A DNA stretch of 64,000 nt from Patescibacteria group bacterium (GCA_041660165.1 JBAZWW010000001.1:169035-233034), one strand, 5' to 3'; counted from the first letter of the stretch, positions 28,763 to 38,385 are shown. Numbers and translations are program-made. Notes: generated from the letters alone by a model not told the origin.

Positions 28763-30385
28763 TTACGTCGTCACATTCCCCATGTCCCCCACCTCAGCGG
28801 GTCTCGCCGATTTCAAGAACTTACCCTGCAGGCCAGAAATAATACTACGCAGTTCCGGACTCTTCATGAAATAAGCTGAGAGCAAGTAGACGCCTCCGCC
28901 CAGGATGCTCGACAAAGAAAACTGGATAAAGACGTGGGCAAAGGTGTCGAGTTCGAACAGTTGCACTAAACCGTACTTCACGCCTTGAGTAACGAACGCA
29001 CACAAAATTCCAGCCAGAGAAAAAATGAACAGCGAGTAGGCAATTTTTCTTTCGTCGAGTCCGCCAAGTTTGCGGTGCAGTAACACCCAGAGAAAGGCGG
29101 TTTCGATCATTGAAGAAACCGAGAAACCGATCGCTAGGCCGAAAATTCCGTACGCATGTGAGAGCGGGAGGGCCAGGCCGGCGGTGAGTACGCAACCAAT
29201 GACCGCAAAGATGAAAGGCGTGGTTGAGTCCTCCATGGCGTAATACGCTCGAATCAAAATATACGTAGCGGACTGCGCAAAGAAACTGAGCGCAAAGATG
29301 GCGAGCGTATCCGCAATGATGGTGGTGCTCCCCCAATCAAGGCCTTCAGAACCGTAGACCACGCGCACAATTTGCGCTCGCAAAAGCAAAAAGAGAACGG
29401 TAGCAGGAATCATGAAAAACATAACCTGGCGCATGGTCAGCGAGAATGACGCGCGCATGCCGGCAATATCTTTCTCTGCCAGCCGTTCGCAAAAAGTGGG
29501 ATAGGCCGCAATCGCATACGACACCGCGATAATTCCGATCGGTACAAAATTGAGCGTGTAGGCGAGGGTTAAATTCGTGACAGAACCAGCCACGCCGAGC
29601 GTGGCGATCACGCTCATAATCAGAAACTCGGCTTGATTCACGGCCAGCCCCACCACGCGCGGAATGGTTTGCTTGGCCGTGACAAGGAGATCAGGATCCT
29701 TCAGTCTAATATACGGCTGATAGCGGTAGCCAATGGCAATTGCGCCAACCAGCTGAACGAGCATGTGAAGAGCAGAGCCGATGACCACGCCCCAGGCCAA
29801 GCCAATCGGCCCCATGACCGGCGTCAAAAACACCGCGCCAATAACAATGCCGGCGTTGTACACAATCGGCGCAAAGGCGGGCAGGAAAAATCGCTTCACG
29901 CCCTGGAGCACGGAACCAAAAACAATACTCGCCGCAAAGAATAATTGCCCCAAGAAAATAACGCGCGTCATGTTCACTAGCGCCGAAAGTTTATCGGCCG
30001 ACCAGGTTGGAGCAAGGAGAGGCGCAATCTGCGGAGCGAATAAAATAGCCACCGCCGATAGCACCGCAAACAAAACGATCACCACGTGAAGCACATTGTT
30101 CGTGTACTTCCAAGCCCTGGTCTTATCATCCGTTACCCACGCCTTAGTGAAGAGCGGGATAAAACTCGCCGACACCGCACCAACCACCAGCAATTGAAAA
30201 AACAAATCCGGCAAACGAAACGACTGATAGTAAATGTCCAAGGTACTCGAAAGATTAGGCGGAAAAACAGAGATGAGAATACGGTCGCGCAAAAGTCCCG
30301 CAAAGCGGGACAGGAGGGACATTGCGCCAACAATGAAGGCCGCGGACGCTACCGTGGTTGAGGACTGGAAAAGCCTGCGGATCAT
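28763..30385 (-). CDS. murJ: Lipid II flippase MurJ
   Basis: SRFAGLLRDR, FRLPDL, SASFIP, RAYYAMEDSTTP. Confidence 0.93.
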   Translation of the reverse strand: MIRRLFQSSTTVASAAFIVGAMSLLSRFAGLLRDRILISVFPPNLSSTLDIYYQSFRLPDLFFQLLVVGAVSASFIPLFTKAWVTDDKTRAWKYTNNVLHVVIVLFAVLSAVAILFAPQIAPLLAPTWSADKLSALVNMTRVIFLGQLFFAASIVFGSVLQGVKRFFLPAFAPIVYNAGIVIGAVFLTPVMGPIGLAWGVVIGSALHMLVQLVGAIAIGYRYQPYIRLKDPDLLVTAKQTIPRVVGLAVNQAEFLIMSVIATLGVAGSVTNLTLAYTLNFVPIGIIAVSYAIAAYPTFCERLAEKDIAGMRASFSLTMRQVMFFMIPATVLFLLLRAQIVRVVYGSEGLDWGSTTIIADTLAIFALSFFAQSATYILIRAYYAMEDSTTPFIFAVIGCVLTAGLALPLSHAYGIFGLAIGFSVSSMIETAFLWVLLHRKLGGLDERKIAYSLFIFSLAGILCAFVTQGVKYGLVQLFELDTFAHVFIQFSLSSILGGGVYLLSAYFMKSPELRSIISGLQGKFLKSARPAEVGDMGNVTT

Positions 30386-31620
30386 ACCCGTTCACGTCTG
30401 AGGCGGTAGAGGAAAAGAATCAAAGCGATGAGAATAAGAATGAGAAGCCCAATAGCCAAATCAACCAGCGGGTTCGACAAATGAAAGAATGAGATAGCAA
30501 TCAACTGCGTATCCGCGTACATCTTGCCATCATCCGTAGCTACCGCCAGCGTCACCTTATAATCCCCGGCGCGCGGAAAAACGTGCGTTACCTTGCTATC
30601 AGTACTCGTCGAGCCGTCGCCAAAATCCCAGGCAAACGCGCCCGCCACCTCACCCTGCGGTTTTGCGTCAAACTCGTATGTCCGCCAATCAATCTGCCGG
30701 TAAGTAAAGCGAGCGTCTGGCGAAAGCTTGAGATCGCCCAGCGTAAGGAGCGTGGGCTCGACGGAGAGGCTCGCCTCACCCGCACCTACCGAAGAATCCG
30801 CAAGCAATCTTGGGTTGCCGTCTCCAGCTCCCCCATTATCGGGCGTACTGGTCTCAACCGGTTCCGCCCCGCCCATAGCATCCGTCACACCCGCAACAGC
30901 CGGAACGGGATTCACGGGAGCTAGAGGGGCTTTTGACACAGTGGGCGCAATCGCCACCGTCACCGGCGGAGGGTTAGTCGAGCGAGTGGGATCAAGCGGG
31001 AACGCATCGCTTCCGTCAGGGCTTCCGTCTCCGTCAGTGTCCGCGTTTGTGGGCGAGGTTCCATTCTTCACTTCAGTGGTATCAGGAATGCCGTCATTGT
31101 CATCATCGGCGTCGCACGCATTACCAAGCCCATCGTGATTGGTATCGAGTTGATCCGCATTGCTCACGTCCACGCAGTTATCAACGTCATCGGCAATGCC
31201 GTCACGATCACCGTCTACAAGCACAGTGAACATGGCGGTGGTCGCCACGTCATTATCCGCATTCACATCCGGAGGCTGGGCGCCCTGAATGACCGCGCGA
31301 ATGTTAAATGACGCCTGAGGAACCGTGAAATCAACATACACGTCATCCCCATTACTACCGGCCACCACGGATACTACTTGAGATGTGCCAACCAGCCTGT
31401 CGCCCTGATAAAAGAAAACCTGTGCGGTGTCATCTACCTCGCCCATATTCTTTATGGTGGCGTAGATGCGAATGGTATCTCCGGCGTAAAGAACCGTTTT
31501 TGAAAGATGGATACTGCTGGCGCTGATGGACAGGTCAGGCGAAGCGGCAAACAAGGCAATTGGCGAAATGGCGAGACCAAGCACGGCGGACGCCACCGCG
31601 GAAATCATCATTGAGCGCAT
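30382..31620 (-). CDS. Surface protein: CARDB-like Ig domain, thrombospondin type 3 Ca-binding repeats, PKD domain, C-terminal TM anchor
   Basis: DGDRDGIADDVDNC...DGLGNACDADDDNDG, WDFGDGS...HVF..AGDYKVTL. Confidence 0.85.
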   Translation of the reverse strand: MRSMMISAVASAVLGLAISPIALFAASPDLSISASSIHLSKTVLYAGDTIRIYATIKNMGEVDDTAQVFFYQGDRLVGTSQVVSVVAGSNGDDVYVDFTVPQASFNIRAVIQGAQPPDVNADNDVATTAMFTVLVDGDRDGIADDVDNCVDVSNADQLDTNHDGLGNACDADDDNDGIPDTTEVKNGTSPTNADTDGDGSPDGSDAFPLDPTRSTNPPPVTVAIAPTVSKAPLAPVNPVPAVAGVTDAMGGAEPVETSTPDNGGAGDGNPRLLADSSVGAGEASLSVEPTLLTLGDLKLSPDARFTYRQIDWRTYEFDAKPQGEVAGAFAWDFGDGSTSTDSKVTHVFPRAGDYKVTLAVATDDGKMYADTQLIAISFFHLSNPLVDLAIGLLILILIALILFLYRLRRERV

Positions 31621-31633
31621 ATAGACTATTGTA

Positions 31634-32359
31634 CTACGCCTTACCTTCGGCTTTGGCAGTGTAACCAAATTCGTACTTAAACCAGTTGTGCCTGATGGGA
31701 CCAAGGAATAAGATGTGCAATTCCGCCAACATATACTTAAAAACTGTAGTGAGCTCCCCGTCCCGTGCAAGCCGTCTGTTCGTCACAATAATTTTCACGC
31801 CATTGATGACGCCGAACTTCATCACTCTATTAGCCCGCTTCCCATAATCATTGTCCTCGCAAAAAAGAACCGTTGGGTCAAAACCCTTCACCGCTTCATG
31901 CACCCATCGGCGCACAAGAATGCATCCGCCCATAGCGTGCGAATTTTTCCCGCCCCAAAATCTGACATACGCGTTGTACACCTGGTGGCCAAAGTGCTGA
32001 GCAGGTGATCCTTTGTCTAGCTCAAGATCAAACGTTGCTACCCCGAGTTGTCTTCGCTCAAAATCCGCAATCGCTATTTCGAAAAATTTCGGATCAGCAA
32101 GTACGATGTCCGCGTCAATGAAAAAAATAAAATCGCTCTTTGTAGCTTGCGCCCCGGCGTTTCTCCCCGGCCCCGGCAATCCGCCTTCAACTACTCGGAC
32201 TCCCCCAGCTTCAGCAATCCTGGTCGTGGCATCAGTTGATCCAGCATCGGCCAGCACGATCTCAATTGGTTGCACCGTCTGCTTTTTGATCGAGGCCAAA
32301 AGCCCCGGCAAAAAATCCTCTTCATCCTTAGCAGGAATCACTACAACAAATGAGGGCAT
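31634..32359 (-). CDS. Glycosyltransferase family 2
   Basis: VVIPAKDEE, DAGSTD, GRNAGA, FIDAD, EDNDY. Confidence 0.9.
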   Translation of the reverse strand: MPSFVVVIPAKDEEDFLPGLLASIKKQTVQPIEIVLADAGSTDATTRIAEAGGVRVVEGGLPGPGRNAGAQATKSDFIFFIDADIVLADPKFFEIAIADFERRQLGVATFDLELDKGSPAQHFGHQVYNAYVRFWGGKNSHAMGGCILVRRWVHEAVKGFDPTVLFCEDNDYGKRANRVMKFGVINGVKIIVTNRRLARDGELTTVFKYMLAELHILFLGPIRHNWFKYEFGYTAKAEGKA

Positions 32360-32412
32360 AGATAGCTATAGGATAGCAAAAACAAAAAACCGGCGCAATT
32401 GCCGGCTTTCTG

Positions 32413-32489
32413 TGGTGCGTCCAGCACGATTCGAACGTGCGGCCTCTTCCTTCGGAGGGAAGCGCTCTATCCATCTGAGCTATGAACGC
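32413..32489 (-). tRNA. tRNA-Arg(CCG)
   Basis: GCGTTCA...CTTCC-CTCCGAA-GGAAG anticodon arm, GTTCGAATC T-loop, encoded CCA; hairpin terminator at about 32385-32409. Confidence 0.97.
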
Positions 32490-32905
32490 AAAATATACAT
32501 CGCAATACCAGAAGCGACTGAAACATTTAAGGACTGCTTCTTAGCCATCGGAATCGTTACCAGCCCGTCGAGTAGTCCGCGGGTGGCCTCGTCTATACCT
32601 TCTACCTCGTTGCCAAGGACCAGGGCGAGCTTGCCTGGTTCGATACGCTCGATAAGTTCTCCGCCCGTTTCCAAACCGAGCACACGATAGCCGTTTTGTT
32701 TCAAATCCGCAATGACATCATCAATATCGCCTACCTCCCAGTTGACGAGTTGCTCGGCCCCGAGTGCCACCTTAGCAATCTCTTTTCGCGGAGGCTTCTC
32801 AGTAAAGCCCGTCAGATAAAGCTTCTCAACACCAAACGCAGCGGCGTTGCGAAAAATCGAGCCAATGTTATGCAAACTGCGGATGTTATGGGCGATGACA
32901 ATCAT
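32480..32905 (-). CDS. SpoU/TrmH family RNA methyltransferase
   Basis: HNIGSIFR, LVLGNEVEGI, IPM..QSLNVSVA. Confidence 0.93.
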   Translation of the reverse strand: MIVIAHNIRSLHNIGSIFRNAAAFGVEKLYLTGFTEKPPRKEIAKVALGAEQLVNWEVGDIDDVIADLKQNGYRVLGLETGGELIERIEPGKLALVLGNEVEGIDEATRGLLDGLVTIPMAKKQSLNVSVASGIAMYILRS

Positions 32906-32982
32906 AGGCAGACCAAAGTCTAACGAATTTCTTCACAACCCACAAATATTTGGTATATTTACCTTGGCCTAGGAGGGCCGCC

Positions 32983-33330
32983 ATGAATGGGTCACCACCG
33001 CCCGCCGACAGAGCGCAACTGCTCGCCGGCATGGACAGAGACATCGGCGCCGTAGCGTCCTTGGTCTGGAACAACCAGATCACTTGGGACACACTGATTG
33101 CGTTGCACGCCTCCGCACCACTCCCCGCAGGAAAGGGGTGGGCGCGGAAACAGCAAGAAGAGCGGTTGGCTCTGGCACTACGCAACCACCTGACCGAGCA
33201 GTTCGGCCAGGAAGCAACTTTTTCGAGCGTTGTCCTCGACACGCTCATCAATCACCTCTTCGACCGAGGACCCTTGATTGTGCTCGCGGAACTGAGAGCG
33301 GTCAGCGAGCCCAGCAAGATCCCGGCCTAG
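32983..33330 (+). CDS. Hypothetical protein
   Basis: AGGAGG SD, TGGTATATT upstream, GC hairpin downstream. Confidence 0.6.
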   Translation: MNGSPPPADRAQLLAGMDRDIGAVASLVWNNQITWDTLIALHASAPLPAGKGWARKQQEERLALALRNHLTEQFGQEATFSSVVLDTLINHLFDRGPLIVLAELRAVSEPSKIPA

Positions 33331-33441
33331 GATACAACCGTTGTTCTCCCGCCTCTCGTGTCCGCGGAGCCCCTCCCCGCGGACACTTCCCATTTAAATT
33401 GACGTTCGGCAGAATTTTCCGTATAGTTCGCCCAAATTTCT

Positions 33442-34656
33442 ATGCAATGCCCAAACCCTGAACGCTGTGGCTCCTGTGGCTGGTCCCACATCCCGTATGA
33501 AAAACAGCTCAAACAAAAGCTGTCAGACATAAACGGCTCTTTTGCCATCAAAAAACTTGATCTGCACGTGGATGAGATTTTGGCCTCGCCCATCACCCAC
33601 CACTACCGCAACCGCATGGATTTTGTAATTGACTGGCAGGGCAATGTTGGTCTGCGTGAAAAGGGCAAGTGGTGGAGCGTCATTGATAACCATCCGTGTT
33701 TCATTGCCGATCAGAAGATCGAGGACCATTTCTTCCTGGCTCGCCAGTGGGCCAAAACCTGCGGACTTTCTTTTTACGATCGCAAAGCAAACGTTGGCTT
33801 CTTGCGCTACGCGGTTATCCGCTCAACCTCGCTTGGTGAAACCATGGTCATTATTGTGACGAGTGCTCCAAAAGATGCTGATGAGGAAGCCAGCGCCAAG
33901 AAAGCGCTCGAGTCCCTCGCCGGAAGCTCGAAACCCACCACGCTCGTCTGGTCCATCAATCACACCATCAGCGACGTTTCTTTCGGCGACGAGCTGAGAG
34001 TAATTTCAGGTCCAGGCGTGATCGAGGAAACAATTGCCGGCTATCACTACAAGATTTCGCCCAACGCATTCTTCCAAACAAATCCGAAGGGCGCAGAAAT
34101 GTTGCTCGACACCGTGCGCGAATTTGCTACCACCACCCCCGGACCAGCATCAGACACAACCCTGCTCGATCTTTACTGCGGAACCGGCTTCTTTGCGGTT
34201 GCCCTCGCTCCATCCTTCAAACGAACAATCGGTGTTGAAATGGTGCCGGAAGCTATCAAAGACGCTCGCGTCAACGCTGAATTGAACGGGGCAACGGTCG
34301 AGTTCCACGATGCCAAAACTGAAGACTTCGACTGGAAATCCCTCGGCGCCGAAGTGGTAATTCTCGATCCTCCCCGTGGCGGAATGGTCGATAAGGCCCT
34401 CCAGGACGTCATCAAGGCGCGTCCGACAACAATCGTTTACGTCTCCTGCAACTACAAAAACTTTGCCCGCGAAATGGTCATTCTCCAGGCCTACTACTCC
34501 GTAGAAGCCATCAGGGCTATCGACATGTTCCCTCACACTCCCCACGTCGAGCTCGTCATAAAACTCGTCCGCCATCCCTCCGACCCCACCGCCCTCGACC
34601 CAGCGTCTGATACTGGCGAGCCGAGTGTCACGAAAAAGAAAGAGACGGCTGATTAA
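33442..34656 (+). CDS. RlmD/TrmA-family RNA m5U methyltransferase
   Basis: C...CGSC cluster motif, FFQTN, DLYCGTG, DPPRGG, YVSCN, DMFPHTPHVE. Confidence 0.92.
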   Translation: MQCPNPERCGSCGWSHIPYEKQLKQKLSDINGSFAIKKLDLHVDEILASPITHHYRNRMDFVIDWQGNVGLREKGKWWSVIDNHPCFIADQKIEDHFFLARQWAKTCGLSFYDRKANVGFLRYAVIRSTSLGETMVIIVTSAPKDADEEASAKKALESLAGSSKPTTLVWSINHTISDVSFGDELRVISGPGVIEETIAGYHYKISPNAFFQTNPKGAEMLLDTVREFATTTPGPASDTTLLDLYCGTGFFAVALAPSFKRTIGVEMVPEAIKDARVNAELNGATVEFHDAKTEDFDWKSLGAEVVILDPPRGGMVDKALQDVIKARPTTIVYVSCNYKNFAREMVILQAYYSVEAIRAIDMFPHTPHVELVIKLVRHPSDPTALDPASDTGEPSVTKKKETAD

Positions 34657-34671
34657 GAACCCGTGCAAATA

Positions 34672-35305
34672 AAAAAAATTTCCGAAAAGCAAACAACCGG
34701 GCATAGGCCACGGTTGTGCGAAGTCCTCCGAAGAGGAACGTGGTGATGATTCGGTTGGGGATAGAACCCATATGCACTCGGCTTAAGCGCCTGATGCTCG
34801 AATCACCACCTGTTGCAGTTAAATGTGACCGCCTAGCACGGCCTTCAGGAAGCTGCGCGTTTTTCGGTTTTTTTTAATCCATCCCCCCAGCTAGGCCTTC
34901 GGTACGGGATGGTTTGCCTACTTTGTGGTCAATTACGACCACGTTCAGAGTTTCCTCGGTGGGCCCACCAAGTACGACTCTGTCACCAACAAATTCGTTC
35001 AGGCCGTTGGTGATTTTTTCCTTACCCCGGTTGTCACCCTCGAGCTCGGACACGCGTCAGGCACAGCCCGTCGCGCAATTGTAGCAGCGCTTCGATTATT
35101 GAGGGCCCCTTTACGGCTCCTCCTCGGCTCCGTTGACGACTCTTCGTCCGTTTGATGCTGGCGCGCTCAATTAGCCGCCATACCATCACCGGGCGTGACG
35201 TATGATCGATACCACCCATGATCTTGATGTCAGAGGGGCGATTCGACCATTTCAACTGACCGCTCAAACTCCGATAGCTTCGGGCAATCCCAGTACCATC
35301 GGACA
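34672..35305 (-). ncRNA. Candidate ~630-nt structured non-coding RNA (unit 1)
   Basis: Promoter TTGACA-17-TATGCT, at least eight stems including a cUUCGg tetraloop, U-rich terminator; no SD-supported ORF. Confidence 0.6.
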
Positions 35306-35311
35306 AAGAGT

Positions 35312-35345
35312 AGCATAGCAAAAATTCCGGCTTCTGTCAAGCCGG
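35312..35345 (-). promoter_or_regulatory. Sigma70-type promoter with palindrome CCGGCTT-N5-AAGCCGG over the -35 box
   Basis: -35 at 35335-35340, -10 at 35312-35317, 17-bp spacer. Confidence 0.75.
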
Positions 35346-35400
35346 GGAAGCTGAAACGAGGCTATGACTAGCTATAAAGGAGCAATAGGCTATAAAGCCT

Positions 35401-35895
35401 AAAAACGAATAATGACCGAGAAGCTTGCGCTACTCGGTCATTACGTTTTACGTGATTCGCACTGCGAGTACTCTATGGCTTTTGGCCAGAATGCTTCGCA
35501 GTCGAACTGTGAGATGTATGCGTCGGTCGCTTGACCGATACAGGCTGTGAAAGCCATACCCCCGTGAGGGCGCAATGCGGGGGCCTGTGGAACACCCCGG
35601 TTCGATTCGTTCACTCCCTAGTGTTTTCACATTCCCCCAAGCCATCTCAGCCGGGGATCCACAACACTTTGGAGCGAGTTCCCGATCACCCGAGCAGTCT
35701 TTTCGGTGCAGCGGTATCGGGCCCGCGCACCTATCCCTGTTTCGTGACGTGTTGTTGAGACACGTTTGTTACGCCGGGCAGTTCGCGCGACAATTGGCAT
35801 TTAACGTCTGTACCTGTCCGCAGAGCTTGTTACAGCTTGCTTCAGGACTGCCTAATGACAGACGGTCACGACATAGCTTTCGCTACTCCGAGACG
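35401..35895 (-). ncRNA. Candidate ~490-nt structured non-coding RNA (unit 2)
   Basis: Promoter TTGACA-17-TAGATT, GAAA tetraloop near the 5' end, dense hairpins, 10-bp terminator stem 35411-35442. Confidence 0.58.
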
Positions 35896-35901
35896 AAAAG
35901 T

Positions 35902-35935
35902 AATCTACCAACAACTCCGGCTTTTGTCAAGCCGG
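35902..35935 (-). promoter_or_regulatory. Sigma70-type promoter with the same palindrome as 35312-35345
   Basis: -35 at 35925-35930, -10 at 35902-35907; TCCGGCTT(C/T)TGTCAAGCCGG shared. Confidence 0.75.
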
Positions 35936-36023
35936 AAAGGCCATAAATTGGCTAATATCCTTGACTTTATTAGAAAAGTCATATAGTCTTCCTAAGCGAG
36001 TTTCACGCTACCGGAGGACAAAA

Positions 36024-36710
36024 ATGATCAGTCTGACGTTCCTTTCCTTGAGTGCCCTGGCCGGCGGAGGCGGAATCAAGTGGGCGGATCTGGGCGATTC
36101 CTGCCTGGGCCCATCCCCCTTCACCCCGAACTCGGGCGCATGCTGTGAACCCATGCTCCGTGCGGACTTCATGTCTGCCCGTTGCGTGAATGTCCCTGCG
36201 CTCCTCTCGGACATTGAGGACAACGCGTTCATCCAGATGAACGTCGGGGGCAAGGTGCGAATCTACTGGGTGAAGGACGGCGAACGCCATCTCATCCCTG
36301 ACAAGAGCACCGCCGAGAGCTGGTTCTCGGACCGCGGGAACGAGCTGTGCGAGCAGGTCTACAGCGTCCCCGCCTTGCTCGGCGAAACCACTCCGGAAGG
36401 TAACCACGTCACGCTCCGGCCCGGCAGTGGGATCATCAAGATCTCGTCCGAAGCCAAGCTGTATGTGGTCGAAGAACCGTCAATCCTCCGACGGATCACC
36501 TACGCGCAGGCAGAGGACATCTACGGGCCGTCCTGGATCCTGTACGTCCGAACTGTGAACGACTTCACGTTCTTGGACTACTGCATCGGACCAGACCTCA
36601 TGGCCGGCGAGCCGTACGACTGGCAGACCGTGTCGGACGGCGCCATGCTCTCTGACGCCGTCGGAGTGCCGATCTGTCCGCGCGCTGACAGAAACGAATC
36701 GTTACCGTAG
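36024..36710 (+). CDS. Cys-containing exported protein with two repeats like those of the protein at 2-1165
   Basis: Promoter TTGACT-17-TAGTCT, GGAGG SD, signal-like N-terminus, terminator hairpin 36740-36766. Confidence 0.75.
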   Translation: MISLTFLSLSALAGGGGIKWADLGDSCLGPSPFTPNSGACCEPMLRADFMSARCVNVPALLSDIEDNAFIQMNVGGKVRIYWVKDGERHLIPDKSTAESWFSDRGNELCEQVYSVPALLGETTPEGNHVTLRPGSGIIKISSEAKLYVVEEPSILRRITYAQAEDIYGPSWILYVRTVNDFTFLDYCIGPDLMAGEPYDWQTVSDGAMLSDAVGVPICPRADRNESLP

Positions 36711-36780
36711 AACGGCCGCGCGCCGATCTTGCGAATATAAAACCCGAGACCTCCTGTCTCGGGTTTGCTGTTTCTATAAA

Positions 36781-37575
36781 CTATTTCCCAAATCTTCTCT
36801 GTCTCGCCTGGAACGAACGCAACGCTCGCAGAAAATCAATTCGCCGAAAGGCCGGCCAATTCACGTCGAGAAAATAATACTCGCTGTACGCCGCCTGCCA
36901 AAGGAGGAAGCCGGAGAGACGAACCTCGCCGGACGTACGAATGATGAAATCGGGATCGGGGACATTGCAGGAATAAAGATTGGCCGAGAGTGACTCCTCG
37001 GTCAAACCATTAACCGCCTCGCCGAAAGACTTCCCTGACTGTTCAGCACTCGTCAGATACGCTTTGGCTGCATCCACGATCTCCTCGCGACCGCCGTACC
37101 CAAGAGCGAGCTGGACGAGCATGCCTTTTCTCTCGGCGGTAGTTGTTTCAAGTTCGGCAAGTGCTCGTTGTACTTCTTCGGGCATCTGCTCGGTCCGGCC
37201 AATCACCTTCACACGAATGTCGTGCTTCTTGAAATCCTCGTCCAACATCATGGCCTTGGCTTGCTCGACAATTATATCCATCAGCGCTTTCACCTCAGAC
37301 GGCTCGCGCGAAAAATTCTGCGTGCTGAAACCCCAGACAGTAACCACGGGAATCTTAAATTCGATACACCACGAAAAAAGCTGTTTCACTTTCTTCGCCC
37401 CGTATTTATGGCCCTCGACAATTGGCAGACCAAGAGACTTGGCGTATCGCCTGTTGCCGTCAAGAATTACGCCGAGATGCCGTGGCGCAGGACCAAGCAA
37501 CAATTTCTGTGCCAGCCGACGCTCGTACACCTCGTACAAGATTCTTTTAACAATTGCTTTGGGAATATTTTTCAT
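36781..37575 (-). CDS. uppS: cis-prenyltransferase (polyprenyl diphosphate synthase)
   Basis: HLGVILDGNRRYA, FSTQNFSR, GYGGREEI, IRTSGEVRLSGFLLWQ. Confidence 0.93.
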   Translation of the reverse strand: MKNIPKAIVKRILYEVYERRLAQKLLLGPAPRHLGVILDGNRRYAKSLGLPIVEGHKYGAKKVKQLFSWCIEFKIPVVTVWGFSTQNFSREPSEVKALMDIIVEQAKAMMLDEDFKKHDIRVKVIGRTEQMPEEVQRALAELETTTAERKGMLVQLALGYGGREEIVDAAKAYLTSAEQSGKSFGEAVNGLTEESLSANLYSCNVPDPDFIIRTSGEVRLSGFLLWQAAYSEYYFLDVNWPAFRRIDFLRALRSFQARQRRFGK

Positions 37576-37592
37576 AAATGCACCATAAACGC

Positions 37593-37622
37593 GAAAGGGT
37601 CGAGACATGGCTCGACCCCTAC
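37593..37622. repeat. GTAG-type REP-like hairpin (family B), intergenic
   Basis: Minus strand reads GTAGGGGTCGAGCCATGTCTCGACCCTTTC. Confidence 0.8.
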
Positions 37623-37647
37623 GCCAAACATCCTTACACATCGACTC

Positions 37648-38385
37648 TTACACCTTCAAGGCCTCTGGGCGCATGGCTGTCAGCTTGCGGTAAATGTATG
37701 CAAAGCCGAAGACATAAACCATCACAAAAGCACAGTATGCAACAATGCTGGCAATTCCGAGGAGAAGGAACAGGATGGTTCCAAGGATCGCCACAATCTT
37801 CGTGACGAACATAGCAACCGTTGCCAAGATCATCATCGCAACTCCCAAAGCCATGCCCAAGCCAACAACTGCCAGAAGGTACCAGAACATATTCATGCGG
37901 TTGCCTTCCGTCAAAGCCATGCTGGCTTTCATGGCATCAATTGGCGAGAGTTTCTTCTCAACAGCAACAAATGGCGCGTAGCCAAACATGAGGGCAGCAA
38001 TGATTCCTGGAACAACAAACAACACGGAGCCGATACCAACCACGATTGCAAGCAGGATCAAGATCGCCACCATGTATGCCACCTCCAGCCAGCTGGAAGT
38101 GAAAATAGCCTGGAGCGAAACTTCCTTCCCGTCAACCGCGTTCAACGAAAGGCGCACAATAGCAATCACGGCAATTCCCTCCCAAGCAAGGTTCAAAAGG
38201 AAAAAGACAAACTGGAAAATGGAACTGTGAATCGCCCCGCCAACGGCACTCAATAAACCACTGACAACGGCAATCCCAATAATGGCCAAAACATAGCTTA
38301 CCCAATACTTCTGCGTCACTTCCCAACCCTTATCAAGCACCTCTTTCACGGTAAACGCTTGCTTGGCACCTGCGGATGAATCCAT
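37648..38385 (-). CDS. Integral membrane protein (DUF975-like)
   Basis: LFVVPGII, PIDAMKASMALTEGN pattern; about five TM segments. Confidence 0.75.
   Translation of the reverse strand: MDSSAGAKQAFTVKEVLDKGWEVTQKYWVSYVLAIIGIAVVSGLLSAVGGAIHSSIFQFVFFLLNLAWEGIAVIAIVRLSLNAVDGKEVSLQAIFTSSWLEVAYMVAILILLAIVVGIGSVLFVVPGIIAALMFGYAPFVAVEKKLSPIDAMKASMALTEGNRMNMFWYLLAVVGLGMALGVAMMILATVAMFVTKIVAILGTILFLLLGIASIVAYCAFVMVYVFGFAYIYRKLTAMRPEALKV

Noticed and set aside
34700-34970. RNase P RNA, suggested by GAGGAAACTC (minus) and ATAGAACCC...CGGCTTA (plus)
   Set aside because: The two motifs are on opposite strands and I found no P4-forming partner. Cannot be fully excluded without a covariance-model search.
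35590-35620. tRNA- or tmRNA-like T-loop GGTTCGATTC on the plus strand
   Set aside because: No matching T-stem, acceptor stem, CCA end or tag reading frame.
37168-38256. 362-aa plus-strand ORF
   Set aside because: Antisense to uppS and a hydrophobic membrane gene; H/N/Q-rich shadow composition.
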